Shown here in pieces: positions 7,910 to 14,672 of a stretch of 42,754 bases of DNA (position 1 is the first letter of the stretch; each line of letters starts with the position of its first letter). A program made the translations under genes and the position numbers. A model generated the notes under the pieces. That model saw only the letters and a program-made list of their open reading frames with translations, was not told where the DNA came from and ran no database searches. Location: positions 1 to 42,754 of IMG/VR virus record IMGVR_UViG_3300048854_000104; one strand, given 5' to 3'. Source of the DNA: a virus. Lineage: Duplodnaviria > Caudoviricetes.

Positions 7910-8448
7910 GACGACGCCCCCGACTCAACCGCCGCAGGGCCCGTGACGCCCGGCAGCGCGAGCGAGCCCGCCTGCCACGCCGCCGCGATCCCCTCACGCC
8001 CGCCCGGCTTGAAGCGGAGCGAGTGGTTGCGCGACCGCGTCGCACGCACCTCCACTCCCGGCACGTCGTGCAGCTCGCCCGTCTCCTTGTCCACGATCCG
8101 GGCCACACCCGCCGCGGTCATCTCATCGAGCACCTTCGAGAGGAAGGCGCCGCGCACCTCGGCGACGAAGCGGCGCTCGATCTCCCCGGGGAAGGCCTCC
8201 ATCACCCACGCCTGGAAGGCGTCGAGGTTGGTCAACTTGGCCTCGGGCTTCGGGTCCGTGAGCGAGATCGTCGCCACAGCCCCCACGTCCGTGAGAACTG
8301 CCGCTACCTGTCGGGTGCCGGTCTCCTGCTCGGCCGTGTCCAACGCGGCCTGCGTCTCGGCGCGGACGGCCTTCAACCGGTCGGTCACGAGGTCGGCGAG
8401 GGCCTTCAACGTGGCCTCTTCGAGTGCCAGTTCACGGAGGTTGCTCAT
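7906..8448 (-). CDS. Gam/Gp157-like recombination-associated protein (180 aa)
   Basis: N-terminal coiled coil and C-terminal VDKETGELHDVPGVEV motif; adjacent to the annealase. Confidence 0.55.
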   Translation of the reverse strand: MSNLRELALEEATLKALADLVTDRLKAVRAETQAALDTAEQETGTRQVAAVLTDVGAVATISLTDPKPEAKLTNLDAFQAWVMEAFPGEIERRFVAEVRGAFLSKVLDEMTAAGVARIVDKETGELHDVPGVEVRATRSRNHSLRFKPGGREGIAAAWQAGSLALPGVTGPAAVESGASS

Positions 8449-9278
8449 GCGGCAGCACTCCCGACCATGAGGTCGCGGGCCTGCCGGAACTCGGCGGCGG
8501 TGCCCTGCTCGATGGGGTGGCCGAAGGCGCCGGCGAACTGCGCGGGCAGGCCCTCCTCGAAGTCGGCGTCCTTGGCGGCGGCCCACATGGCGTCGAGGGC
8601 GGTCTGCCGCTCGCTGGCTCCGGCGGGCGGCATGGCGCCGGGGCGCTGCTGCTGCGGCGGGTCGGGTACGGCGGCGGGCCCGGTCGGCGTCGACTGCTGC
8701 GGCGGGGTCGTGCGAGGCGGCGGCGTCGGGTCCGCGTCGGAGCCGGGCGTCTCGCCCTGCTCGCCGTTGACTGGCGCGTCCTCCGACTCGGCCACGGGCT
8801 CGCCCATGTAGGCGAGCGAGCGCATGACGACCGCTTCTTGCGAGCCGTCGTTGTAGAGCGACAGGCCGAACTGATCGCCGAGGTTCACCGCGCACCGCTT
8901 CAGCGCCTGCGACAGAGCGGTCTTCATCGCGAGGTCGTGTGCGTCGCCGAGCTTCGGCTGATTGAGAGCCTGCCCTGCCGCTGCGTCTTCGAAGAGGGTC
9001 AGCGGGCGGCCGTCCGTGGCCTTGACCGTGAGCCGGACCTGCGCCCGGTACACGATCGTCCACCGGTTGGAACCGGCCTGCGTCTCCCGTTCGGAGACGA
9101 GATCCAGTGAGATGGTCTCGACGGTGAACCCGTCGAACCCGAAGACCCGGATGAGCTGGCGGCGGACGTCCCATGCCTCCAGGTGCGACATGCCCCGCAG
9201 GTCGCGGACGCGCTTGCCGCTGATGGGGCTGAGCAGGAACGCGACCTGCTGGTCGGTGAGTTTGGGTGTGGCGGTCAC
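8445..9278 (-). CDS. Rad52/Rad22-family (Sak-like) single-strand annealing protein
   Basis: HLEAWDVRRQLIRVFGFDGF...AMKTALSQALKRCAVNLGDQFGLSLY; Pro-rich tail. Confidence 0.88.
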   Translation of the reverse strand: MTATPKLTDQQVAFLLSPISGKRVRDLRGMSHLEAWDVRRQLIRVFGFDGFTVETISLDLVSERETQAGSNRWTIVYRAQVRLTVKATDGRPLTLFEDAAAGQALNQPKLGDAHDLAMKTALSQALKRCAVNLGDQFGLSLYNDGSQEAVVMRSLAYMGEPVAESEDAPVNGEQGETPGSDADPTPPPRTTPPQQSTPTGPAAVPDPPQQQRPGAMPPAGASERQTALDAMWAAAKDADFEEGLPAQFAGAFGHPIEQGTAAEFRQARDLMVGSAAA

Positions 9279-9556
9279 GGGCGCACGTCCTTTCGGAGCG
9301 TGTAGTAGCGGTGGTCGGGCTGGTTGTGCAGGAGCAGCACGCCCTGATGGGCGCGGCGGGAGAGGAAGGCGCGGGCGTCCTCGCGGTACAGGCGGCGGCC
9401 GTAGCGCACGGCGTACAGCTGCTGCACGCGGGAGGTGTCCCACTTGCCGCCCCACCTGCGGATCGCGGTGTCGAGCACGCGATCCCAGTCCGGCGGCCAC
9501 GAGGGGGCGGGGCCGGCGGCCGGGGCCGAAGCCCCGGCCTGCGCGGTCGTCGTCAT
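9275..9556 (-). CDS. Small winged-helix-like protein (paralogue of the next gene)
   Basis: DTAIRRWGGKWDT...AR.FL.....G.L..H.....RYYTLR. Confidence 0.75.
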   Translation of the reverse strand: MTTTAQAGASAPAAGPAPSWPPDWDRVLDTAIRRWGGKWDTSRVQQLYAVRYGRRLYREDARAFLSRRAHQGVLLLHNQPDHRYYTLRKDVRP

Positions 9557-9984
9557 CAGGCGTCACCGCCTCGGCGCTTGAGCGTGTAGTAGCGGCCGTC
9601 CCCGGCGCCGTGCTGGTGCAAGTGGCCACGGCGGTGCAGCTCGGCCAAGTCCCGCCGGGCCGTGCCGCGTTGCGTTGACCCGCCGTCCCTGCGCCGAACC
9701 TCCAGCAAGGTGCCGGTGGACCACTTGCCGCCGTGGGTGCGGATGGTGTCGAGGAGCTGCGCGAGCCGGGCTTCGACGCGGGCGGCCTTGTCGGGGGTGG
9801 CGTCGGCCGCAGTGCGGCTGCTCTTCCCCTCGCGGGCGGCAGCGTCATCGCTGGCGTGCTGCCACAGCAGCCGCCGAACCTCGTCCAAGGTGTCGTTCTC
9901 GCGGACGACGGTCCGCAGGACGCGGACCAGACCGCGCAGCATGGCCAACTCGCCGTCGTACGCCTGCTCGTCGGGGGCACTCAT
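9556..9984 (-). CDS. Protein with C-terminal winged-helix-like domain
   Basis: DTIRTHGGKWST...ARRDLAELHRRGHLHQHG...RYYTLK. Confidence 0.8.
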   Translation of the reverse strand: MSAPDEQAYDGELAMLRGLVRVLRTVVRENDTLDEVRRLLWQHASDDAAAREGKSSRTAADATPDKAARVEARLAQLLDTIRTHGGKWSTGTLLEVRRRDGGSTQRGTARRDLAELHRRGHLHQHGAGDGRYYTLKRRGGDA

Positions 9985-10304
9985 CGGCCTGCCCCCTTGG
10001 ACGTCTTCGGGGCGACGCGGTCAGCCAGCCGCATGCGGGCGTCCAGCACAGTGCCGTGCACCCGAGCGCGGGCCCGTCCGGCGCGGCACAGCAGCGGGGC
10101 AGCGGCCCGGTTCAGGTCGTGGCCCGCGTGGACCGCGACCTGATGCACGGCCGTGGCGGCGCGGCCGACAGCCGAGGCGCGGTCGAAGTGCAGGCCGAGG
10201 AGAGCGAAGAACGGGACCAGCGACAGGGCGAACAGCGAGGCCGCGAGGAACACGGCGCGCGCGGGCGACAGCCCGGCGAGGAGGTTGATGACTTCGGTCG
10301 GCAT
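9981..10304 (-). CDS. Hypothetical membrane-anchored protein (107 aa)
   Basis: Hydrophobic AVFLAASLFALSLVPFFALLGL; coupled overlaps. Confidence 0.7.
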   Translation of the reverse strand: MPTEVINLLAGLSPARAVFLAASLFALSLVPFFALLGLHFDRASAVGRAATAVHQVAVHAGHDLNRAAAPLLCRAGRARARVHGTVLDARMRLADRVAPKTSKGAGR

Positions 10305-10624
10305 CAGGCACCGACCGACTTGGGAGCGTCCAGGAGGGTCCAGATCCGCACCGGAACGTCACTGACCACGGCCGTGGCGACCGTGTAGATCTGCGGGTCG
10401 GTCTCGCTGTGCGTCCGAGTCGTCGTCTCAACCCCGAGCGCTGCGGCCAGCTGCTCTACGCCATCGCGGTCCATGTGGAAGTTCACGTCCACGTTCGCCG
10501 ACTCGGGGCTGAAGGCGTAGCAGTTGACGGTGATAGTCGTCGGCGGCACCGGGGACAGCATCTGTACGTGCAGGGCCACGGAGTGGGCGGACAGCAGGCT
10601 CTTCCTGCGCTGCGGCTCGTTCAT
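10304..10624 (-). CDS. Hypothetical protein (106 aa)
   Basis: MNEPQRRKSLLSAHSVALHVQ...; ATGA overlap. Confidence 0.75.
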   Translation of the reverse strand: MNEPQRRKSLLSAHSVALHVQMLSPVPPTTITVNCYAFSPESANVDVNFHMDRDGVEQLAAALGVETTTRTHSETDPQIYTVATAVVSDVPVRIWTLLDAPKSVGA

Positions 10625-10983
10625 GCCGCCACCGCCGAGCGGATGTAGTCCATGACCAGCTCGCCCATCGGCACCGGAACCGACACCCGCACGGGCACCT
10701 GCCCCCGGCGCCGGGACGGACGGGTCTGCGTGAGCAGCGTCCACAGCTCAAGCCCGTCACCCGCCGACGTGCGGTGCACCCGGCCGCCCAACTCCCGCAG
10801 CCACATGCCGAGGTCGTCCACGTCGGCGACCGTGACGTACACGGCCTCGGGGCGGGCGATCAGCGTCGGGGCGGGCAGCGGCGTGTAGTCGAGCAGCGAT
10901 TCCACAGCGATGCGGTTGTCACTGGTCTGCGCCATCAGGTCAGTCAGTTCACTGAGCGGACGAACGGTAGAGTCGATGGCCAT
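10621..10983 (-). CDS. Hypothetical protein (120 aa)
   Basis: MAIDSTVRPLSELTDL...; GAGAGG RBS before ATG 10983. Confidence 0.75.
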   Translation of the reverse strand: MAIDSTVRPLSELTDLMAQTSDNRIAVESLLDYTPLPAPTLIARPEAVYVTVADVDDLGMWLRELGGRVHRTSAGDGLELWTLLTQTRPSRRRGQVPVRVSVPVPMGELVMDYIRSAVAA

Positions 10984-11075
10984 CGGGGCCTCTCTTCTTC
11001 TGGTTGCAGGGGCGCCGGTCGTTGGGTCGCCGAGCCGGACAAGCGGGCGGCCCTTCGGCGCGTTCATGAGGGAGA

Positions 11076-11324
11076 TCAGGCGGTGCGCTGGGCGGGGATC
11101 GACGCCGCCTCGGACTGCACGGCCATCCACGTGCGGACGGCGTCCAGGTCGAAGCGGCGACCCCGGAACGACGTCGGCTCGACGGGGCACCCCTTCTTCA
11201 CCCACTCGTTGACCGTCCAGTTCGAGACCCCGTAACGGGCCATGAGCTGCGCGGTGTTCAGGAGCGGGGAGAGTCCGGTGGGGCGGAGCGTCTCGGAGCG
11301 CTCAGCGAGGGTCTGAGTCGCCAT
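11076..11324 (-). CDS. Excisionase-like (MerR/AlpA-type HTH) protein
   Basis: LLNTAQLMARYGVSNWTVNEWVKKGCP......RRFDLDAVRTW; second gene of the lytic operon. Confidence 0.75.
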   Translation of the reverse strand: MATQTLAERSETLRPTGLSPLLNTAQLMARYGVSNWTVNEWVKKGCPVEPTSFRGRRFDLDAVRTWMAVQSEAASIPAQRTA

Positions 11325-11328
11325 GGGG

Positions 11329-11607
11329 CTACCTTCCTACTGTGTGAGTGTGATCGTCAGGCAAGGAAAAGTGATCTTGCAGTGGTTCGCCGAGCGCGGT
11401 GGCGACAAGCCACGCGGTGCGGAGTCGACACGACTCGGTGGCGGTCTTGCCCGTACCCGTGACGTTGCTGACGGTGTGAGCGCTGACCCCCTTCCCCTGC
11501 ACGTCAACCGCCCTGGTCTTGGCGGCGAGCTGGGCTTGAGTCAGGCCGACGCGCCGCATTGCGTCGCGCAGTGGCTGGCCTTCGCCCTTGCGGTAGAGGT
11601 TGGTCAT
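11329..11607 (-). CDS. Cro-like XRE HTH regulator
   Basis: LRDAMRRVGLTQAQLAAK...VSAHTVSN...; divergent from the repressor. Confidence 0.8.
   Translation of the reverse strand: MTNLYRKGEGQPLRDAMRRVGLTQAQLAAKTRAVDVQGKGVSAHTVSNVTGTGKTATESCRLRTAWLVATALGEPLQDHFSLPDDHTHTVGR
11334..11352. repeat. 19-bp direct repeat TTCCTACTGTGTGAGTGTG, copy 1 (end of cro / RBS of the xis-like gene)
   Basis: Identical to 11662-11680. Confidence 0.85.
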
Positions 11608-11661
11608 GGGTGCCCCGTGCGGTTTGGTGTCTGCGGGGTCGCTGCGATCCCGCTACCCACA

Positions 11662-11691
11662 TTCCTACTGTGTGAGTGTGGGTGAGGTCAA
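11662..11691 (-). promoter_or_regulatory. Putative early lytic promoter containing copy 2 of the 19-bp repeat
   Basis: Minus strand TTGACC-N18-TAGGAAT upstream of cro. Confidence 0.55.
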
Positions 11692-11770
11692 GTGAGTGGG
11701 CGTGAGTTTCGGTGAGCCGTGGCGATATTCGAATACGCGTTCTATGGTGGGCGCATATGACGTAGTCACC

Positions 11771-11796
11771 GGCGCGTGACGGGGAGGTCACGCGCC
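11771..11796. promoter_or_regulatory. Perfect 10-bp inverted repeat in the switch region
   Basis: GGCGCGTGAC-N6-GTCACGCGCC. Confidence 0.55.
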
Positions 11797-11816
11797 ATGC
11801 CTATATCGCGCCACGC

Positions 11817-11858
11817 TCCCACTTTCACTTGCGAAAGTGGGAACCGGCGCTGCATTCT
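11817..11858 (+). promoter_or_regulatory. Repressor promoter (probably leaderless) overlapped by an operator-like inverted repeat
   Basis: TCCCACTTTC-N6-GAAAGTGGGA covers TTGCGA (-35); then N18, CATTCT (-10), and GTG 7 nt later. Confidence 0.6.
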
Positions 11859-11865
11859 TGAGCCC

Positions 11866-12240
11866 GTGGAAGACCAGGAGCGCACCGAAGACCTGGCGCA
11901 GCTACTCGCGAGACTGAAGGCGGCATACGGCGACCTCAGCAACTCAGCGATCGCGCGCCGTATCGGCGTCGCCCCCGCGACTGTGGACTCCTGGGTCAAC
12001 AGACAGCGCGGAACCGGTCGCGGCCCACGCCGCGAGGCGCTCCAAGCCCTCGCGCGCGAGTTCCCCAAATTCTCCGAAGCCGAGATCTTCGCAGCCGCCG
12101 GCCGCAAGTCGCCGGGCCCGCTCAGCAGCGAGGCCGAGGACCGGATCTTGGAGCTGTACCGCGGACTCACCACCGACCAGCAGCGCGCGAAGGAAATCGA
12201 GATGCGCGCCCTGAACGAAGCGAACCGCACCGGGCAGTAG
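11866..12240 (+). CDS. CI-like immunity repressor (XRE HTH, no S24 autoprotease domain)
   Basis: LSNSAIARRIGVAPATVDSWVN...GPRREAL; divergent from cro and upstream of int. Start chosen at GTG 11866. Confidence 0.85.
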   Translation: MEDQERTEDLAQLLARLKAAYGDLSNSAIARRIGVAPATVDSWVNRQRGTGRGPRREALQALAREFPKFSEAEIFAAAGRKSPGPLSSEAEDRILELYRGLTTDQQRAKEIEMRALNEANRTGQ

Positions 12241-12430
12241 CGGGTACGTACAACCATCTGGCGCAGTTGTGGGTCTCTGCTGGATGGGCTCGCTTACTCT
12301 CGGTGAGTCCCTGTCGACAACATGTTCAACAGTGGTCGATTTTCCCATCACTTGGGGGTACGGTCGGACGCACGTACCGGTGCTCCCCCACCGGTGATCA
12401 GGTCCCGAAACCTGCACTCCGGGGGTACGC

Positions 12431-12679
12431 ATGTGCGTTCGTGTTCAATTCGCTCCGCCCGACAGCCGTCCGGCCTTCGATGCCGACGAGCGAGTGATCA
12501 TCATCCCGGGCCAGCTGACACCCGCACACACAGTCACCCTCGTGCGAGCCATTCTTCGTGAACTCGTCGTGCCACAACCGGAGTTGGGTGCACGCTGCTG
12601 GTGTGGGGAGAGCGTCGACCTGCTCCCCCACGTACCTCACCAGCGAAGGAGCGAGCAGGTGGTGAACCATGGCGCCTAA
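12431..12679 (+). CDS. Hypothetical protein (82 aa) at the position usually held by ImmA
   Basis: MCVRVQFAPPDSRPAFDADERVIIIP...RCWCGE; GGGGG RBS; overlaps the next ATG. Confidence 0.7.
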   Translation: MCVRVQFAPPDSRPAFDADERVIIIPGQLTPAHTVTLVRAILRELVVPQPELGARCWCGESVDLLPHVPHQRRSEQVVNHGA

Positions 12680-12905
12680 CCCCTACCAAGTGGGAAGCCG
12701 TACATGCGGGTGCGTCGACTGCATGGCCGACTTCCCGCCCGCGCAGTACGGCAACCGGCCCGAACGAGACGGATGCATGGGCCCCTGGCGGGCGCGCTTC
12801 CGCAGCACGGACGGCCGCCAACGCGTGAAGAACTTCCGCACCCCATCGGACGCCCGCAGCTTCCTGGCCAACCTCCGGCCGAAGGAGGCACGGCATGGGG
12901 CGTAG
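12669..12905 (+). CDS. Stand-alone paralogue of the integrase N-terminal (arm-binding) domain
   Basis: 28/53 identical residues, ungapped, to integrase residues 8-60; has its own RBS (AGGTGG) and stop. Confidence 0.85.
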   Translation: MAPNPYQVGSRTCGCVDCMADFPPAQYGNRPERDGCMGPWRARFRSTDGRQRVKNFRTPSDARSFLANLRPKEARHGA

Positions 12906-14181
12906 GGCCTCGAACAACCCGCGGCAGATCCGAGTCAGGACATGCGGCTGCCAGCAGTGCATGGAGCAGTACCCGCCCGCCGAATACGGTAAGCGCAACC
13001 GCCGCCGAGACTGCACCGGTCCCTGGCAGGCGCGCTACCGCGACCCGTCAGGGAAGCAGAAGTCGAAGAACTACCCGATCTCCGAGGGCGGCAAGAAAGC
13101 CGCCGAGGCGTTCCTGGACGACGTCCGGTCCCGCGTCCGCCGGCGCGAGTACGGCGACCCGAAGCGCGGCGAGATCACCATCCAGGCGTGGTGGGATCTG
13201 TGGTGGCCTGGTCAACCGAAGCTGGCCACCACGACCGACAACCGGAAGCTGTCCACGTGGAACGCCCACATCCAACCGAGGTGGGCCGAGTGGCGGCTGT
13301 GTGACCTGGAGCCCCTGGAGCTACAGACCTGGCTCATCAGGGATGTGAAGGGGTACCACGCCAGGAAGAAGGCGTTGGAGTTGATGCGGGCGTTGCTGCG
13401 CGGCGCGGTCCGCGACGGTAAGCGCATCCCTTACAACCCCGCCGCCGACCTGGAGATCGGCGAGCCGAGGAAGAAGGCCCCGGACGATCTGCGGCCGCCG
13501 ACGCGAGCGCAGTGCGCGCTGATCCGGCAGCACATCGCCATGTACTACGAGCCGCTCCTCGTGTTCCTCGAGGAGACAGGCCTCCGGTGGGGCGAAGCAA
13601 CTGGGATGCGGTGGGGGCACATCAACCTGGAGGCTGAGCACGCGAAGGTGAAAGAGGTGCTCAATGAGGACAAGGGGACGCTGTTCCGGCAGGACGCACC
13701 GAAGACGGAGCACGGGTTTCGTACGGTGCCGTTGACGCCGGCCGCAGTCGCTGCGGTGCAGACGATGGTGACCCGGTGGCGCCCGGTCGTGCCCGTGTCC
13801 CCCATCGAGGGCGACGGGCGGGACCTCCATCCCGAGGAGCTGGTGTTCCGCGGCCCACAGGGCGGCGTCCTCACGCGGCACAACTTCAGGCGGAACTGGA
13901 TTCCCGCGATCCAGGCCGCGGGCATTGCACGGAAGGTTCGGAACCCGGAGACCGGGCGGGATGAGTGGTGGCCGCGGGTCCATGATCTGCGGCACGTGTT
14001 CGCTACGCGGCTGAAGGATCTCGGGGTCCCGGAGCGGGACGTCCAGACGGTCATGGGGCATGAGCGTGGGTCCAAGGTGACGTGGCTCTACCAGCACAGC
14101 GCCGAGAGCGTTGCCGCGGATGTGTTGGCGAAGATGGCTCCGCCTGAGGTGGCGCCTGTTCGAAAACTGCGGGCTGTGTAG
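12895..14181 (+). CDS. int: Tyrosine integrase (428 aa)
   Basis: ETGLRWGE (R), PKT (K), HDLRH, MGH, T-WL-Y; AAGGAGG RBS; attP lies directly downstream. Confidence 0.97.
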   Translation: MGRRASNNPRQIRVRTCGCQQCMEQYPPAEYGKRNRRRDCTGPWQARYRDPSGKQKSKNYPISEGGKKAAEAFLDDVRSRVRRREYGDPKRGEITIQAWWDLWWPGQPKLATTTDNRKLSTWNAHIQPRWAEWRLCDLEPLELQTWLIRDVKGYHARKKALELMRALLRGAVRDGKRIPYNPAADLEIGEPRKKAPDDLRPPTRAQCALIRQHIAMYYEPLLVFLEETGLRWGEATGMRWGHINLEAEHAKVKEVLNEDKGTLFRQDAPKTEHGFRTVPLTPAAVAAVQTMVTRWRPVVPVSPIEGDGRDLHPEELVFRGPQGGVLTRHNFRRNWIPAIQAAGIARKVRNPETGRDEWWPRVHDLRHVFATRLKDLGVPERDVQTVMGHERGSKVTWLYQHSAESVAADVLAKMAPPEVAPVRKLRAV

Positions 14182-14185
14182 GGGC

Positions 14186-14206
14186 GGAGTCCACATGGAG
14201 TCCACA
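14186..14206. promoter_or_regulatory. attP left arm-type integrase sites (GGAGTCCACA x2)
   Basis: Copies at 14186-14195 and 14197-14206. Confidence 0.8.
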
Positions 14207-14213
14207 ACACCCC

Positions 14214-14312
14214 CTCATTGACCCTCACGGATACTCACTCAGACTTCGTTTTGCTGGTCAGCCCTCTGCCGATTGAGGCTCACCGAGGTTCATCCATCCT
14301 CACTAATCCTCA
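14214..14312. repeat. 10-bp-phased CTCA repeats, putative Xis/RDF sites
   Basis: CTCA at 14214, 14224, 14234 and at 14279, (TTCA 14289), 14299, 14309. Confidence 0.6.
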
Positions 14313-14329
14313 TGATCGGTTTACGCTTT

Positions 14330-14372
14330 CTCCTAAAGCCGGTGTCGCAGGTTCGAATCCTGCCGAGGGCAC
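14330..14372 (+). other. attP common core = 3' half of tRNA-Arg(CCT)
   Basis: Anticodon loop CTCCTAA, AGCCG, T-arm GCAGG-TTCGAAT-CCTGC and acceptor strand CGAGGGCA are present; the 5' half is absent. Streptomyces phage VWB is known to target a tRNA-Arg of this class. Confidence 0.9.
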
Positions 14373-14399
14373 ACCTTGCACGGCAGGTCAGAGTGGGTG

Positions 14400-14432
14400 C
14401 GGGCCCTCCGTTCTATTCGAACGGAGGGCCCG
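14400..14432 (+). terminator. Stem-loop after the attP core (replacement terminator for the host tRNA)
   Basis: cgggccctccgttc-tattc-gaacggagggcccg, 14-bp stem. Confidence 0.8.
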
Positions 14433-14442
14433 TCTCATGATC

Positions 14443-14463
14443 AGAGTCCACTAAGAGTCCACA
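14443..14463. promoter_or_regulatory. attP right arm-type integrase sites (AGAGTCCAC x2)
   Basis: Copies at 14443 and 14454, with the same 11-bp spacing and orientation as the left pair. Confidence 0.8.
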
Positions 14464-14540
14464 CGCCCACGTGATCATGCTTAGTCCACTCACCCGTACG
14501 GGGGACTGGACTAAGTTCAACAGGCACGTAGAGTGTGCGC

Positions 14541-14672
14541 ACGAGAGGGGCAGGTACGTCTCCCCACGCGCGCCTGAGAGACGCCTCTCGCGTACCTGTG
14601 TGGTGCTCGCTGGGGAGAGCAGCCCGCGCAGGCAGAACGGCCCCCGCCGAAGTCGTCGGCGGGGGCCTTCTG
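14541..14672 (+). ncRNA. Candidate structured small RNA
   Basis: TAGAGT -10 box at 14529, three mutually crossing helices, and a terminal 12-bp hairpin. No credible ORF. The strand is inferred. Confidence 0.4.
14639..14667. terminator. Stem-loop (12-bp stem)
   Basis: ggcccccgccga-agtcg-tcggcgggggcc followed by ttct. Confidence 0.7.

Noticed and set aside
11776-11865. Longer N-terminus for the repressor as given in the ORF track
   Set aside because: This stretch contains the inverted repeats and the promoter boxes. GTG 11866 gives a normal-sized XRE protein.
14300-14375. Intact tRNA-Arg gene
   Set aside because: Only the anticodon loop to acceptor end is present. The upstream sequence cannot pair with AGCCG or CGAGGGC and there is no D-arm, so this is the attP core.
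14545-14620. HDV-like/theta ribozyme
   Set aside because: The pseudoknot order is partly similar, but I could not place P3/L3, P1.1 or the catalytic C by eye. Kept only as an unclassified structured RNA candidate.
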